From Dehalococcoidia bacterium (GTDB lineage: Bacteria > Chloroflexota > Dehalococcoidia > Lucifugimonadales > UBA3495), in NCBI GenBank assembly GCA_965203435.1, contig CBDBCU010000003.1, positions 3,583 through 67,582 on the forward strand: 64,000 nt of DNA. The letters are read 5' to 3'. The translations under genes and the position numbers were made by a program. Positions 32,924-42,300 of this stretch are shown in pieces; positions within the stretch are counted from its first letter, which is position 1; every line of letters starts with the position of its first letter. The notes below the pieces were generated by a model that was given only the letters and a program-made list of their open reading frames with translations, had not been told where the DNA came from and made no database searches.

Positions 32924-35900
32924 TCAGCCCAGCAGCGCCGCCGCTCTTTCATCCAGCTCCAGGGCCGGCACCGTTTCCTTTGCCAAATCCGCCAAGGGAA
33001 AGGCGCAGAGGCGGGCCAGGAACAAGTCGGCCCCTTCCCCTTGAAACTGCCGCCAAGCCGCGGCGGCGTGGATGATGTAATCGGCGACGGCGGACTTAGG
33101 CCCGTAGCCGCCCAAGCGGGAACTAACCGACAAGGCTCGCAGTCCCCCTTGATAATCTTTCCACAATTCATCCCCGGATTGCAACCGCAGCAGCCGGGCC
33201 AGTTCGGCAAAGCGCGGGATACCCAAAGCGGCTTGCCGGGCGGTCAAACGGGCGGATAGCAAATCCGCCAAGGCCGCCGGCAGTTCATCCAGGGCCAAGC
33301 CGTACAAAGATCCCACCTCGATACCGTACCATTCCTGGAGATCTTTTGCCAGTCGGGAAAAGCGGCGGGGGTAGTCGGCGGTATCTCCGGCCGGGAAATG
33401 GCGGGCGGCCAGGCGGGACGCCGCAGCCGGAATTAAGGCCCGGGCGGCGGCCGCGCCATCGGCAGCGGTCAGTAACCGCTGCCGGGTTTGGTAGTAGGCG
33501 GCGGTATGGGCGTCGGCAATAGCGGCGTAGTCCTGCTGGATGCGGCGGCGGGCGGCGGCGTCCGTTTCCGCCGTTTCCTGCAAGCGGTACAAGTAACGCT
33601 CCACGGCTTTGCCCTCAAAATAGACGCGGCCGGCGGCGTCGGTTTTTTGACAGTGGGCAAAATCCGGCCGGCGGTGGCCGCGGTAAGCCAGCAAGGGGTC
33701 ATCCCAGGAAAGGATAAAGCGGGTCGCGCCGAACTGCCCTTGCCGTCCGCTGCGGCCTTTCAGCTGCCAGGCAATGCGGGCGGCGGGGCTGAAAGCGGCG
33801 CTGATTACATAGAGACCCAGGCCAAACTCGAGGGATTCCGGGGAAACGGCCGGGGAGGGCGGCGGGAAATCCGCCCGGCTTACCAGCAGTTCGGTAAATT
33901 CGGCCCGGTTCATATCCCGCCGGGCATAAGTCAAACCGCTGTCGGCGGCCAGGGCGGCGGCCAGCAAGTCGGCGGCGGCGCTAGGGCAATGCACGGCTAT
34001 GGGGCGGTTTTCGCTATCCAGCCGCTGGCGGAGCAGGGACACGGCATTGGCGATAAGGCGCTGGTTCAAGGCGGGGTCAAGGATAATGTCGGCGCCGCGC
34101 CCGGCCATATTGGTGGCGACGGTAACCGCGCCCGCAGCGCCGGCCTGGCGCAGGATTTCCGCTTCGGCGGCGCTGGTGATGGCGTTGAGCAGGCGGTGGT
34201 CGATGCCCTGTTCGGACAAATGGCGGCTGACCAGGGCCGACTGCGCCACGGTCTGGACGCCCACCAGAACCGGCTGCCCGATTATTTGGCGCTGCCGCAC
34301 CGTGGCGGCAATAGCGGCCAATTGCTCCTCTTGACCGTTATAGACCCGGCTGGGCCAATCCTGCCGCCGCAAAGGGCGCGCCGCCGGGAGGACAACCACC
34401 TCCCGGCGGTAAAGCTGCTGAAACTCGGCGGCGGCATCGGCCGCCGTGCCGGTCATCCCGGATAAATGACGGTAGCCTTGGGCCAAGCCTTGCACGGAAA
34501 TTTGGGCCAGGGCCGGGCCATCGGGATGCACGGTTACCCCCTCTTTGGCTTCCAGGGCCGGGTGCAGTCCTTCCTGATAGCGGCTGTCGGGCCGGGGCCG
34601 GCCGGTGACCCGGTCGAGGAGAATTATCTCGTCCTCAGCGACTATGTAATCCCCATCCCTTTTCAGCAGCAGGTAAGCCCGCAGCAGTTGATAGACTTGA
34701 TTTGCCAGGTTGACCCGCCGGACATCCTGGCGGGAAAGGGGGCCGGCGGCGTGGTCGGCTCCGGCATCATAGAAAGGGCCAAGACGGCTTTCCAGAAAGG
34801 CCAGGCCCCGGGCGGTCAAGGTAACGAACCGCTGCTCCGGGTCGACCAGGCAATACAAATCGGCGGCCAAGGCCGGGTCGGGGTAGTCGGAACCGTCGGG
34901 ATAGAGGGCGACCAGGGCTTGGCGGTAGGCGCGGGGTTGAGCCGCCGCCTGTTGCCGCAGGCGGGCATTATCCGGTTGGGCTAACAAAGCTTGGCCCAGC
35001 AGACGGGCGTAGGCTTTGCCGCCGGGGGATTCCTTTTCCAGGCGGGCCAGATATTCCCCGGCTAAAGCGGCTTGCCGCTGGGTCAGTTCGGCTACGGCTT
35101 GGTTGGCCCGATCCAGGGTTTGGCGATTCAGCAAGGGGGAGCCGGCGATTATCAGGGGAGTGCGGGCTTCATCAATGAGGGCTTGATCCACTTCGTCAAT
35201 GATCAGGGTATCCCGACCGCCCTGCACTTGTTCCGACGGGTCGGTTTTCAGGTTGTCCCGCAGCCAGTCAAAGCCGAATTCCCGCAAGGGGGCATAGACA
35301 ATTTGCTGTTCGTAGGCGTAGCGGCGTTCCGCGTCGACCATCGAACTCAGCACATTGTCAACGCTGAGGCCCAGGGAACGGTACACCGGGGCCAGCAGTT
35401 CGCAGTCCCGGGCCGCCAGATAGTCGTTGGCCGTGGCGATATGGACAGCACGGCCGGCGGCGGCGGAAAAGACGGCGGGAAAGACAGCGGCTACCGTCTT
35501 GCCCTCGCCGGCGTTCATTTCCACGATTTTGCACCGGAACAGATAAATCCCGGCCAGAATTTGCTCGTCGGTGGGCTGGAATTGCAGGCGGTTATGGGTA
35601 TCCCGGCGGGCCAGGGCCTGGTAAAACTCGGCCGGCAAAAGAATATCCCACGGATAGCGGCGGGCCAATTCCCCCGGAGTCCGTCGCAAGGTTGCCACGA
35701 TAAGTTGTTCATCGGCAGTCAAGGCCGCCGCCGCCGGGTCAAGTTGGCCCTCTTGATCCGATTGGAAATGCTTTTCCAAATCCGGCCAGTCAAAAGCCGG
35801 GTCAAAGATGCGCCAATAACCCAAGCGGCGGCGGATACTTTCGTCGGTGATGGCAAAGATTTCCACGAGCCCGGATTCCGGATCCGCGGGATTGCGGGTT

Positions 35901-36124
35901 TCCCGGATATGGCTGAGGGCGGCCCGCAATTCCTGGTCAGAACGGCTTGCCAGTTCCCTAGCGGAATGGCAATGGCGGATGGCGTGGAGCAGTTGCCGCG
36001 CAGTTAAAGGGCGGCGGGCGGCGAATCGGCGGCGGATAGCGGACAGCGGCGCCGGCCGGCGGCGGCCGGGGGCGGCGGCAACTCTATCGGAGGACTCCGG
36101 GAAAAAGCCGGCGGTGGCGTTCAT
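32924..36124 (-). CDS. divergent SecA-like ATPase (1066 aa) with ~190-aa non-SecA N-terminal extension
   Basis: SecA-type motifs: EMNAGEGKT, IATANDYLAARD, IIDEVDQALIDEARTPLIIAG, DYIVAEDEIILLDRVTGRP...GLHPALEAKEGV, ATNMAGRGADI, LKGRSGRQGQFGATRF. No canonical C-terminal Zn-finger tail. Confidence 0.8.
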   Translation of the reverse strand: MNATAGFFPESSDRVAAAPGRRRPAPLSAIRRRFAARRPLTARQLLHAIRHCHSARELASRSDQELRAALSHIRETRNPADPESGLVEIFAITDESIRRRLGYWRIFDPAFDWPDLEKHFQSDQEGQLDPAAAALTADEQLIVATLRRTPGELARRYPWDILLPAEFYQALARRDTHNRLQFQPTDEQILAGIYLFRCKIVEMNAGEGKTVAAVFPAVFSAAAGRAVHIATANDYLAARDCELLAPVYRSLGLSVDNVLSSMVDAERRYAYEQQIVYAPLREFGFDWLRDNLKTDPSEQVQGGRDTLIIDEVDQALIDEARTPLIIAGSPLLNRQTLDRANQAVAELTQRQAALAGEYLARLEKESPGGKAYARLLGQALLAQPDNARLRQQAAAQPRAYRQALVALYPDGSDYPDPALAADLYCLVDPEQRFVTLTARGLAFLESRLGPFYDAGADHAAGPLSRQDVRRVNLANQVYQLLRAYLLLKRDGDYIVAEDEIILLDRVTGRPRPDSRYQEGLHPALEAKEGVTVHPDGPALAQISVQGLAQGYRHLSGMTGTAADAAAEFQQLYRREVVVLPAARPLRRQDWPSRVYNGQEEQLAAIAATVRQRQIIGQPVLVGVQTVAQSALVSRHLSEQGIDHRLLNAITSAAEAEILRQAGAAGAVTVATNMAGRGADIILDPALNQRLIANAVSLLRQRLDSENRPIAVHCPSAAADLLAAALAADSGLTYARRDMNRAEFTELLVSRADFPPPSPAVSPESLEFGLGLYVISAAFSPAARIAWQLKGRSGRQGQFGATRFILSWDDPLLAYRGHRRPDFAHCQKTDAAGRVYFEGKAVERYLYRLQETAETDAAARRRIQQDYAAIADAHTAAYYQTRQRLLTAADGAAAARALIPAAASRLAARHFPAGDTADYPRRFSRLAKDLQEWYGIEVGSLYGLALDELPAALADLLSARLTARQAALGIPRFAELARLLRLQSGDELWKDYQGGLRALSVSSRLGGYGPKSAVADYIIHAAAAWRQFQGEGADLFLARLCAFPLADLAKETVPALELDERAAALLG

Positions 36125-37554
36125 TCTGCAATTTCCTCATCATACGGCTTTTCCGGCGGGCGGGGGAATCGGAATATAACCAGGCCGGCGGCATGGCCGG
36201 GTTGATCCCATTCATTATAGCGGCGCAGCAGATGGTCTTGGGCGGCAAGGATTTTTTCGGCGGCGGCCGGATGGGCGGCGGTCAATTGGCGGCCCAAGGG
36301 GAAATCCAGAGTCCACTCCCGGCAGACTTCGGCGGCAAAGCCGGCCCGGCGGGCGATGTCCAAGTATTCCCGGCGCAGGCGCTGGTATTCCGGTTCACTG
36401 CGATAGGGCAAGGGCGTAACATAGAAATCGGCGGACAAGTAAAGGCCCAGTTCGTTCTCAAAGACCTGCACTAAATCGGTATCGGCCAGCCAGCCCTCCA
36501 TCGCAAAAAAGAGGTTCTGCGGAATATCCTGGGGGACGCGGTGATAGTAGTAATCCTCGACGGCCTCGACCATCCGCACTTTGACCGGCTGCTTGTCGGT
36601 AGGGCGCAACATAGCGGCGGCGGCGTCTCCCGGAACGAATAGAAAGGGGATGTTGCCGTTGGTGGCGTCCACCAGCAGGGGCGCGCCGTCAAGGTGATAA
36701 AGGAGGGCGGTGTGCTGCCAGTAGCGCATATAGCGTTTGGCAAAGCGGAAGTCAAAGGTGGTCAGCAATTCCCGCAGTTTATCCACCGGGGCCGGGTCAA
36801 CAGCCTGGTCTCCGGCAATCAGATATTCCGATTCCAGTCCGTAGTGGTCGGTCAGGAACTTGAGGGCTTGGACTTTTTCGGCGCAGATGCCCCCGGAGCC
36901 GGCGGCGATATTCCGCACGGTTTCATCCCCGGTCTTGAACATCAGTTTGTCGCTGATAAAGCGGGAATAGTTCTCAAAATCGCTGCGCCAGATGCGGCGG
37001 CCCAAAGACTGGATTAACTGCCGTTGCTTTTCTCCGGTATCCAGTAGCAATACCCTTTCCGCGGCCGCCGGGCCATAGTCGGCGGTCAGGGCAGCGTGGA
37101 CAAAGGCGGTAAAAAGGTCAGGGGCGTTAGCCCAGCGGCGGCGGTGAAAGCCGGCCCAATTACGATGGTAGCCAACATTGGCCCGGTCAAGGGACAGGTC
37201 AATAACCGAAACTTCGGTATCCCCGGCCCGGGCTTTTTCAACAAGGGGCGGGCTTTCAAGGCTGACCGGCTGCCCCTGCTGACGGAAAACAAGGCCGGAA
37301 AAGAGATCCCCCAACCGCCCCTGGTCATCGCAGCGATAGACCAAGTCGGTCAAGGCTTGCAGAGTGGGCAAAGCGGCGGCGGTGCTGGCCCCCTCCCGCA
37401 GCAGTTCCGCCGCCGGGCAGTCCCGGAGGTATTTGTCCAGCAACTGCCCCACGGTCCATTGGGCCTGGGCCGGGTCGATCCGCAGGGCGGCCCGCCGGCC
37501 GGTAAGCGCGTCGGCAAGTTGCAGGAGCAGGGGATCGGATGGGGTTGCGGCCAT
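36121..37554 (-). CDS. hypothetical protein with transglutaminase-like Cys-His-Asp core
   Basis: Start is set at ATG 37554 because the track's longer ORF reads through the tRNA. GGICAEKVQALKFLTDHYGLESEYLIAG ... WQHTALLYHLDGAPLLVDATNG fits the G.C..FA...G(I/L)..(R/E)Y..G / H.....D.TN pattern. Its stop overlaps the SecA-like start (ATGA). Confidence 0.6.
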   Translation of the reverse strand: MAATPSDPLLLQLADALTGRRAALRIDPAQAQWTVGQLLDKYLRDCPAAELLREGASTAAALPTLQALTDLVYRCDDQGRLGDLFSGLVFRQQGQPVSLESPPLVEKARAGDTEVSVIDLSLDRANVGYHRNWAGFHRRRWANAPDLFTAFVHAALTADYGPAAAERVLLLDTGEKQRQLIQSLGRRIWRSDFENYSRFISDKLMFKTGDETVRNIAAGSGGICAEKVQALKFLTDHYGLESEYLIAGDQAVDPAPVDKLRELLTTFDFRFAKRYMRYWQHTALLYHLDGAPLLVDATNGNIPFLFVPGDAAAAMLRPTDKQPVKVRMVEAVEDYYYHRVPQDIPQNLFFAMEGWLADTDLVQVFENELGLYLSADFYVTPLPYRSEPEYQRLRREYLDIARRAGFAAEVCREWTLDFPLGRQLTAAHPAAAEKILAAQDHLLRRYNEWDQPGHAAGLVIFRFPRPPEKPYDEEIAE

Positions 37555-37628
37555 TAGGCCCACCGCCGGGCTGGGGTTGCCATCGGTATCCGGGAAGCGG
37601 GAAAGGCTAGATGGGGAAAGCGGTTGAA

Positions 37629-37704
37629 TGGTCGGGGTGAGAGGATTCGAACCTCCGGCCTCTTCGTCCCGAACGAAGCGCGCTAGCCACTGCGCTACAC
37701 CCCG
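37629..37704 (-). tRNA. tRNA-Pro (anticodon CGG), CCA encoded
   Basis: Hand fold: CGGGGTG-TA-GCGC-AGTGGCTA-GCGC-G-CTTCG-TTCGGGA-CGAAG-AGGCC-GGAGG-TTCGAAT-CCTCT-CACCCCG-A-CCA. Confidence 0.9.
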
Positions 37705-37732
37705 ACAAGGCAAAACCGTTAAGCCTGAAATT

Positions 37733-37761
37733 ATTGTAGCACAGGGTTGGGGGGATGGCAA
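37733..37761 (-). promoter_or_regulatory. candidate promoter for tRNA-Pro (and possibly the downstream operon)
   Basis: Minus strand: TTGCCA, 17 nt, TACAAT, ending ~28 nt upstream of the tRNA 5' end. Confidence 0.45.
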
Positions 37762-37842
37762 GCCTTAAATGGCCGGATTTCCGGTCAATCCGGAATGGAT
37801 AATTCCGTCGAAACCGACCGGCTCTGGGCAGGGAATTGCCGG

Positions 37843-38049
37843 CTAGCGGCAGATAAGGGCCCGCGACCAACCACTCCGCCGGCGGCGGCGGGGCTGGTCA
37901 CAGTCCGCCAAATCCCGGAGACCGCCCCGCCAGTCCGACGCTGTGGCGACCGCTTTGGCCTTGAACCGTTCCGCCGAAGCCGGGTTCTCCACGGCCCACC
38001 ACGTGCCGCCAATCAGGACGATAAACACCAGGATAATGAATATCCGCAT
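37843..38049 (-). CDS. small membrane protein (68 aa)
   Basis: AAGGAGG sits 7 nt upstream of the ATG. N-terminal TM is MRIFIILVFIVLIGGTWW. Confidence 0.45.
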   Translation of the reverse strand: MRIFIILVFIVLIGGTWWAVENPASAERFKAKAVATASDWRGGLRDLADCDQPRRRRRSGWSRALICR

Positions 38050-38141
38050 CCGGAAACCTCCTTGCGGATTCCTGCACCGCCGGCCCCCAAACCCCGGTCT
38101 ATCGCCGGGGTTTGGATCGGTACGGATTGTCCTTGAGTTCG

Positions 38142-38504
38142 TTAGGAGGAGTCCCGCCGCCGCTTTGCGTCGCAGTTAGCCCGGAGTTCTTGCTTCATGG
38201 TTTCGGCTTCCGCCTGAACTTGTCCGGATTTCGAGATTGCCTGCAAGAAGTCTTTCTTGTCATCCATCCAGTCCTCCGTGGCCTGGCGCACTTGGCGCTC
38301 CATCCACGCGTCTATGGCCCGCTCGCGCTCCTGGCACGCCTCCCGGAACTCCGCCGAGTCGCCGGGGAGGTTGGGCGCAGCCGTGCTGGGCTTGCTGTTC
38401 AGGGAGCCGCAGGAGAGGATGGCTATCAGTAGAGGGAGGAGAAGGGCCACGAGGAGCGGCAACAGGGCCGGGTGGGACTGGGAGATTCGCAGTTGGATCG
38501 GCAT
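38142..38504 (-). CDS. putative lipoprotein (120 aa)
   Basis: ATG 38504 behind AAGGGGG. LLLPLLIAILSCGS lipobox-like, then a charged helical region. Confidence 0.5.
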   Translation of the reverse strand: MPIQLRISQSHPALLPLLVALLLPLLIAILSCGSLNSKPSTAAPNLPGDSAEFREACQERERAIDAWMERQVRQATEDWMDDKKDFLQAISKSGQVQAEAETMKQELRANCDAKRRRDSS

Positions 38505-38557
38505 CGGTAACCCCCTTGCAGACCAGAAGGTCGGGCGATTTGCCGGATCCACCTAAC

Positions 38558-38613
38558 CCCAACAGCGAACCTACAAGGGGGCGTATTGCCCCCCTTCCGT
38601 AGTTCGCGTTGGG
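38558..38613. other. long imperfect stem-loop in a 225-bp intergenic region
   Basis: CCCAACAGCGAACCTACAAGGGGGC, GTATT, GCCCCCCTTCCGTAGTTCGCGTTGGG. Confidence 0.4.
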
Positions 38614-38777
38614 ATTGAGGTACTCCTCAATTAAGTGGATCCGGCTCGTCCATTAAACTACAAGGCTGCCGGGTTGTCAACTATCACGCGACGCCGCTTT
38701 CTGTATCGGGCCGCTTTGGGGATTTATCCACCAGATCCGGATGGAATCATTGCCGGGAAATCGGATGTCTGCCTCCC

Positions 38778-39335
38778 TCACTCCAACATTTCCGTGGCCA
38801 GTTCGGTGAGTTTTTCCAGGTTCAGCACGCCGTCCCATTTGCGGTGGATTTGGCCGTCGGCGGTGATAAAGACGGTGGTGGGCAGGCCCAAGACTCGGTA
38901 GTTGGGGACCACCTGGTCGTCGGCGGTGTAGCCGGCGGGATAGGTTACGCCCAACTCAGTCAGCAGGTTCTGGGCATCCTCCGGGCGGCCCAGGTTCATA
39001 AACTGGCCTAAATCCACGCCGATAAGAGTAACCCGGCCGGCAAAGGCATCCTGAAACTGCTGAAACTCCGGCATTTCGGCCCGGCAGGGGGGGCAAAGGC
39101 CGGCCCAGAAGTTCAGCACTACCGGCTGGCCCTCCAGTTGGGACAGCGGCAAATCGCCGCCCCATTCCGCCGGCCCCTGGTATAAAAGGATGGGGAAATC
39201 GTAAGCCGGCTCCGGGGATTCAGCGGCCGGCAAAGCGCAGGCGATTACCGCGGACAACAGGATGGCCGCCGCCAGGGAAAGGCGGACGGGTAGATAGCGG
39301 CGCAATTTCATTCTCCCCTTGGGCTGATTTGCCAT
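38778..39335 (-). CDS. TlpA/ResA-like thiol-disulfide oxidoreductase
   Basis: VVLNFWAGLCPPCRAEMPEF thioredoxin motif with an N-terminal membrane anchor. Start at ATG 39335 avoids overlap with mfd. Confidence 0.8.
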   Translation of the reverse strand: MANQPKGRMKLRRYLPVRLSLAAAILLSAVIACALPAAESPEPAYDFPILLYQGPAEWGGDLPLSQLEGQPVVLNFWAGLCPPCRAEMPEFQQFQDAFAGRVTLIGVDLGQFMNLGRPEDAQNLLTELGVTYPAGYTADDQVVPNYRVLGLPTTVFITADGQIHRKWDGVLNLEKLTELATEMLE

Positions 39336-39399
39336 CGGTGGGCGGCTTGCTAGGATTGCCGGTTCGGGCAAGGGTACGCTAACGCCGGGGCCGGCCGCA

Positions 39400-42300
39400 T
39401 CAGTCGGCCGCGGCGGCGGCAAGTTGGCGCAGGCGTTCCTGAAAAACCCCCAGGCGTTCCAGGGCGCTGGTCAGCCGGGGCAGCAGACGATCGCCCAAAG
39501 CCCGCCGCGCCAGTTTGATTTGCCGATTGCCCACGCTGGCATCCCGGCCCAAGGCCCGCTGCAAGGGGATTTTGGCGCTGCCCACTTCCTCGCGCAGGTT
39601 CAGGGTAACGCCGGCCGCGGTGTGCAGCAGGGATTCGATGCCCACGGCGTCGGCCAGGAGGCGCAAATCCAGCAGGGTCAACAGGTTTTCCGTCTCCGGC
39701 GGCAGGGGGCCGAAGCGATCCCGCAATTCCTCCCGCAAATCGGGCAGGGCGGAGCGTTCCCGCATCTTGGCAAAGCGCTGGTACAGGGCCAGGCGGGTCG
39801 GCGTGTGGGCAATGTAACTTTCGGGCAGGCTGGCGGCTACCGGCAGTTCCACCCGCGGCAATTCCTGAACCAGGGGGGCAAAGGCGGCCGGAGCTTGGCC
39901 GCCCTCCTTCCTTTCCGCTTGCAGTTCGGCAATCGTTTCATCCAGCAGCTGGCCGTACAAGTCCAGGCCGACGGCGTGGATTTGGCCGCTTTGGGCCGCG
40001 CCCAAGAGGTTGCCGGCCCCGCGGATTTCCAGGTCGCGCATCGCAATGCGGAAACCGGAACCCAAGTCGGCGGCTTCCAGGATGGCTTGGATACGCTGTT
40101 CGGCGGCGGGAGTGATGCGGCGGCCGGCCGGCAGCAGCAGATAGGCATAGGCCCGGTGTTCGCCCCGGCCGACCCGGCCGCGCAGCTGATAAAGCTGGGA
40201 CAAGCCGAAACGATCGGCCCGATCCAGAATCAGGGTGTTGACATTGGGCAAATCCAAGCCGGACTCGATGATGGTGGTGCAGACCAGCACATCGGCCTCG
40301 CCGTTGGCAAAGGCGACCATCACTTCCTCTAAATCGGCTTCGGCCAGCTGGCCGTGACCAATCATAAAGCGGGCTTCCGGCACCAGTTCGGCCAGTTGCG
40401 CCGCGGTGCGCGCAATGGTGCGGACCCGGTTGTGCAGAAAGAACACCTGGCCGCCGCGCTCGATTTCCCGCAAAATGGCTTCCCGGATAGTGTCCTCGCT
40501 GTATTCGGAGACAAAGGTTTTGACCGGCAAACGGGCTTCCGGGGGAGTGTTCATCACGCTCATATCGCGGAGGCCGGACAAAGCCATGTGCAGGGTGCGG
40601 GGAATGGGCGTGGCGCTGAGGGTCAGCACATCCACTTCCTGCCGCAGCTGTTTCAGGGTTTCCTTGTGGCTGACGCCGAAACGCTGTTCCTCATCCACCA
40701 CTACCAAGCCCAGGTTCTTGAACTGCACATCCTTTTGCAGCAGGCGGTGGGTGCCGATGACAATATCCACCGCGCCGTCCTGCAAGGCGGCAAGGATGGT
40801 TTCCTGCTCTTTGGGGGTGCGGAAACGGCTCAATACTTCCACTTGCATAGGAAAGGGGCCGAGGCGCTCGGTGAAAGTGGCGTAGTGCTGCTGGGCCAGG
40901 ACGGTGGTCGGCACCAGCAAGCCGACCTGCATACCCTCGCTGACGGTCTTAAAGGCGGCGCGCAGGGCCACTTCGGTTTTGCCGTAGCCCACATCGCCGC
41001 AAATCAGCCGATCCATCGGGCGCGGCCGTTCCATATCGAGCTTTACTTCATCGATGGCCTGCACTTGGTCGGGAGTTTCCTGATAGGGAAAGGAATCCTC
41101 CAGTTCCTGCTGCCAGACGGTATCGCCGCCGAACTGATGCCCCTCGGCGGATTGGCGGGCGGCGTAGAGTTTCAGCAGTTCCTCGGCCAATTCCCGGGTG
41201 GAGGTCTTGACCTTTTCCTTGAGGCGGGCCCATTCGGCCGTGCCGAGGCGGGTCAAGGCCGGCGGCTGGTCTTGGGCGCCCACATAGGCCCCTACCCGGT
41301 CTAAATGATCCGTGGGGACATAGAGCTTGTCGGCATCGGCATATTCCAGCACCAGGTACTCTTTGGCGTCATCGCCCATTTGGGTAACGCCGGCAAAGCG
41401 GGCCACGCCGTGGTCAATGTGAACCACATAACTGCCCGGGGTCAGTTCGGACAGGACAATATCATCGCCCAAGGCGCTGCGGGAACGGGAGGGGCGATAG
41501 CGGCGTTCCTTGACCGCGCCAAAGAGTTCGGCATCGGTCAGCAGGGTCAGGGTTTGCGCCGCCGCTTTGCCGTTGGCGGGAGGGACGGCGGCGGTCCAGC
41601 CCTCCGTCAAAGAACCGGGGATCAGGTGGATGTGGCCGGGCTGCGGCGGATGATCCAGGGTTTCGGCGCGGGCCGCGCCCAAGCCGGATTCGGCTAAAAT
41701 TTCCTCGAGGCGGCGGGTGTGCTGGCTGACCGCGACCAGGGATTGGCCTTGCCGCAACTGGCTTTTCAAGCTGTCAGCCAGCTGCTCCAGTTGCCCGAAG
41801 TAGGTGGGGGCCGGTTGGAAAAGGGTATCCGCATTGGAGTCAATCCAACTTTCCAGAAATACCCGTTCCGCGCACTGTTGCAGGCCGGCGGAAAGCTGCG
41901 GCCAGGTCAGATAGGGGGAGGGAAAGTTGCGGGGCAGTTCGCCGCGCTGTTCCCGGCTTTCCCGCATCCGGGAAAACTTTTCCTCTAAATCCATAGCCTC
42001 GGTCGCAATCTGGCTTTCCCGGTCCAGCACCAGCAGGGCATCGGCGGGCAGGCAATCGAGGAGGCTGCTGTGGTTGAGCAGGCCGTTGTAAAGGGATAGG
42101 GTTTCCGGGTTGGGATTGGCGAATAGTTCGGTAAGTTCGTCCTCAATGCGCTCCTTAGTGGCGGCGGCGCAGGGGGCAAAGTCGATTTCCTTGATGCGGC
42201 GGGCGACGACGGGCCGGTCGGCCAGGTCGGGCAGCTGTTCCCGGGCCGGGAGGATGACGGCTTCCATGGGGGCGGCCTCCGTCGGCGCGGCCGGCATGGA

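Noticed and set aside
36121-37761. 546-aa version of the TGase-like ORF as given by the track.
   Set aside because: Residues ~20-45 are the translation of a well-formed tRNA-Pro gene (37629-37704). The start was moved to ATG 37554.
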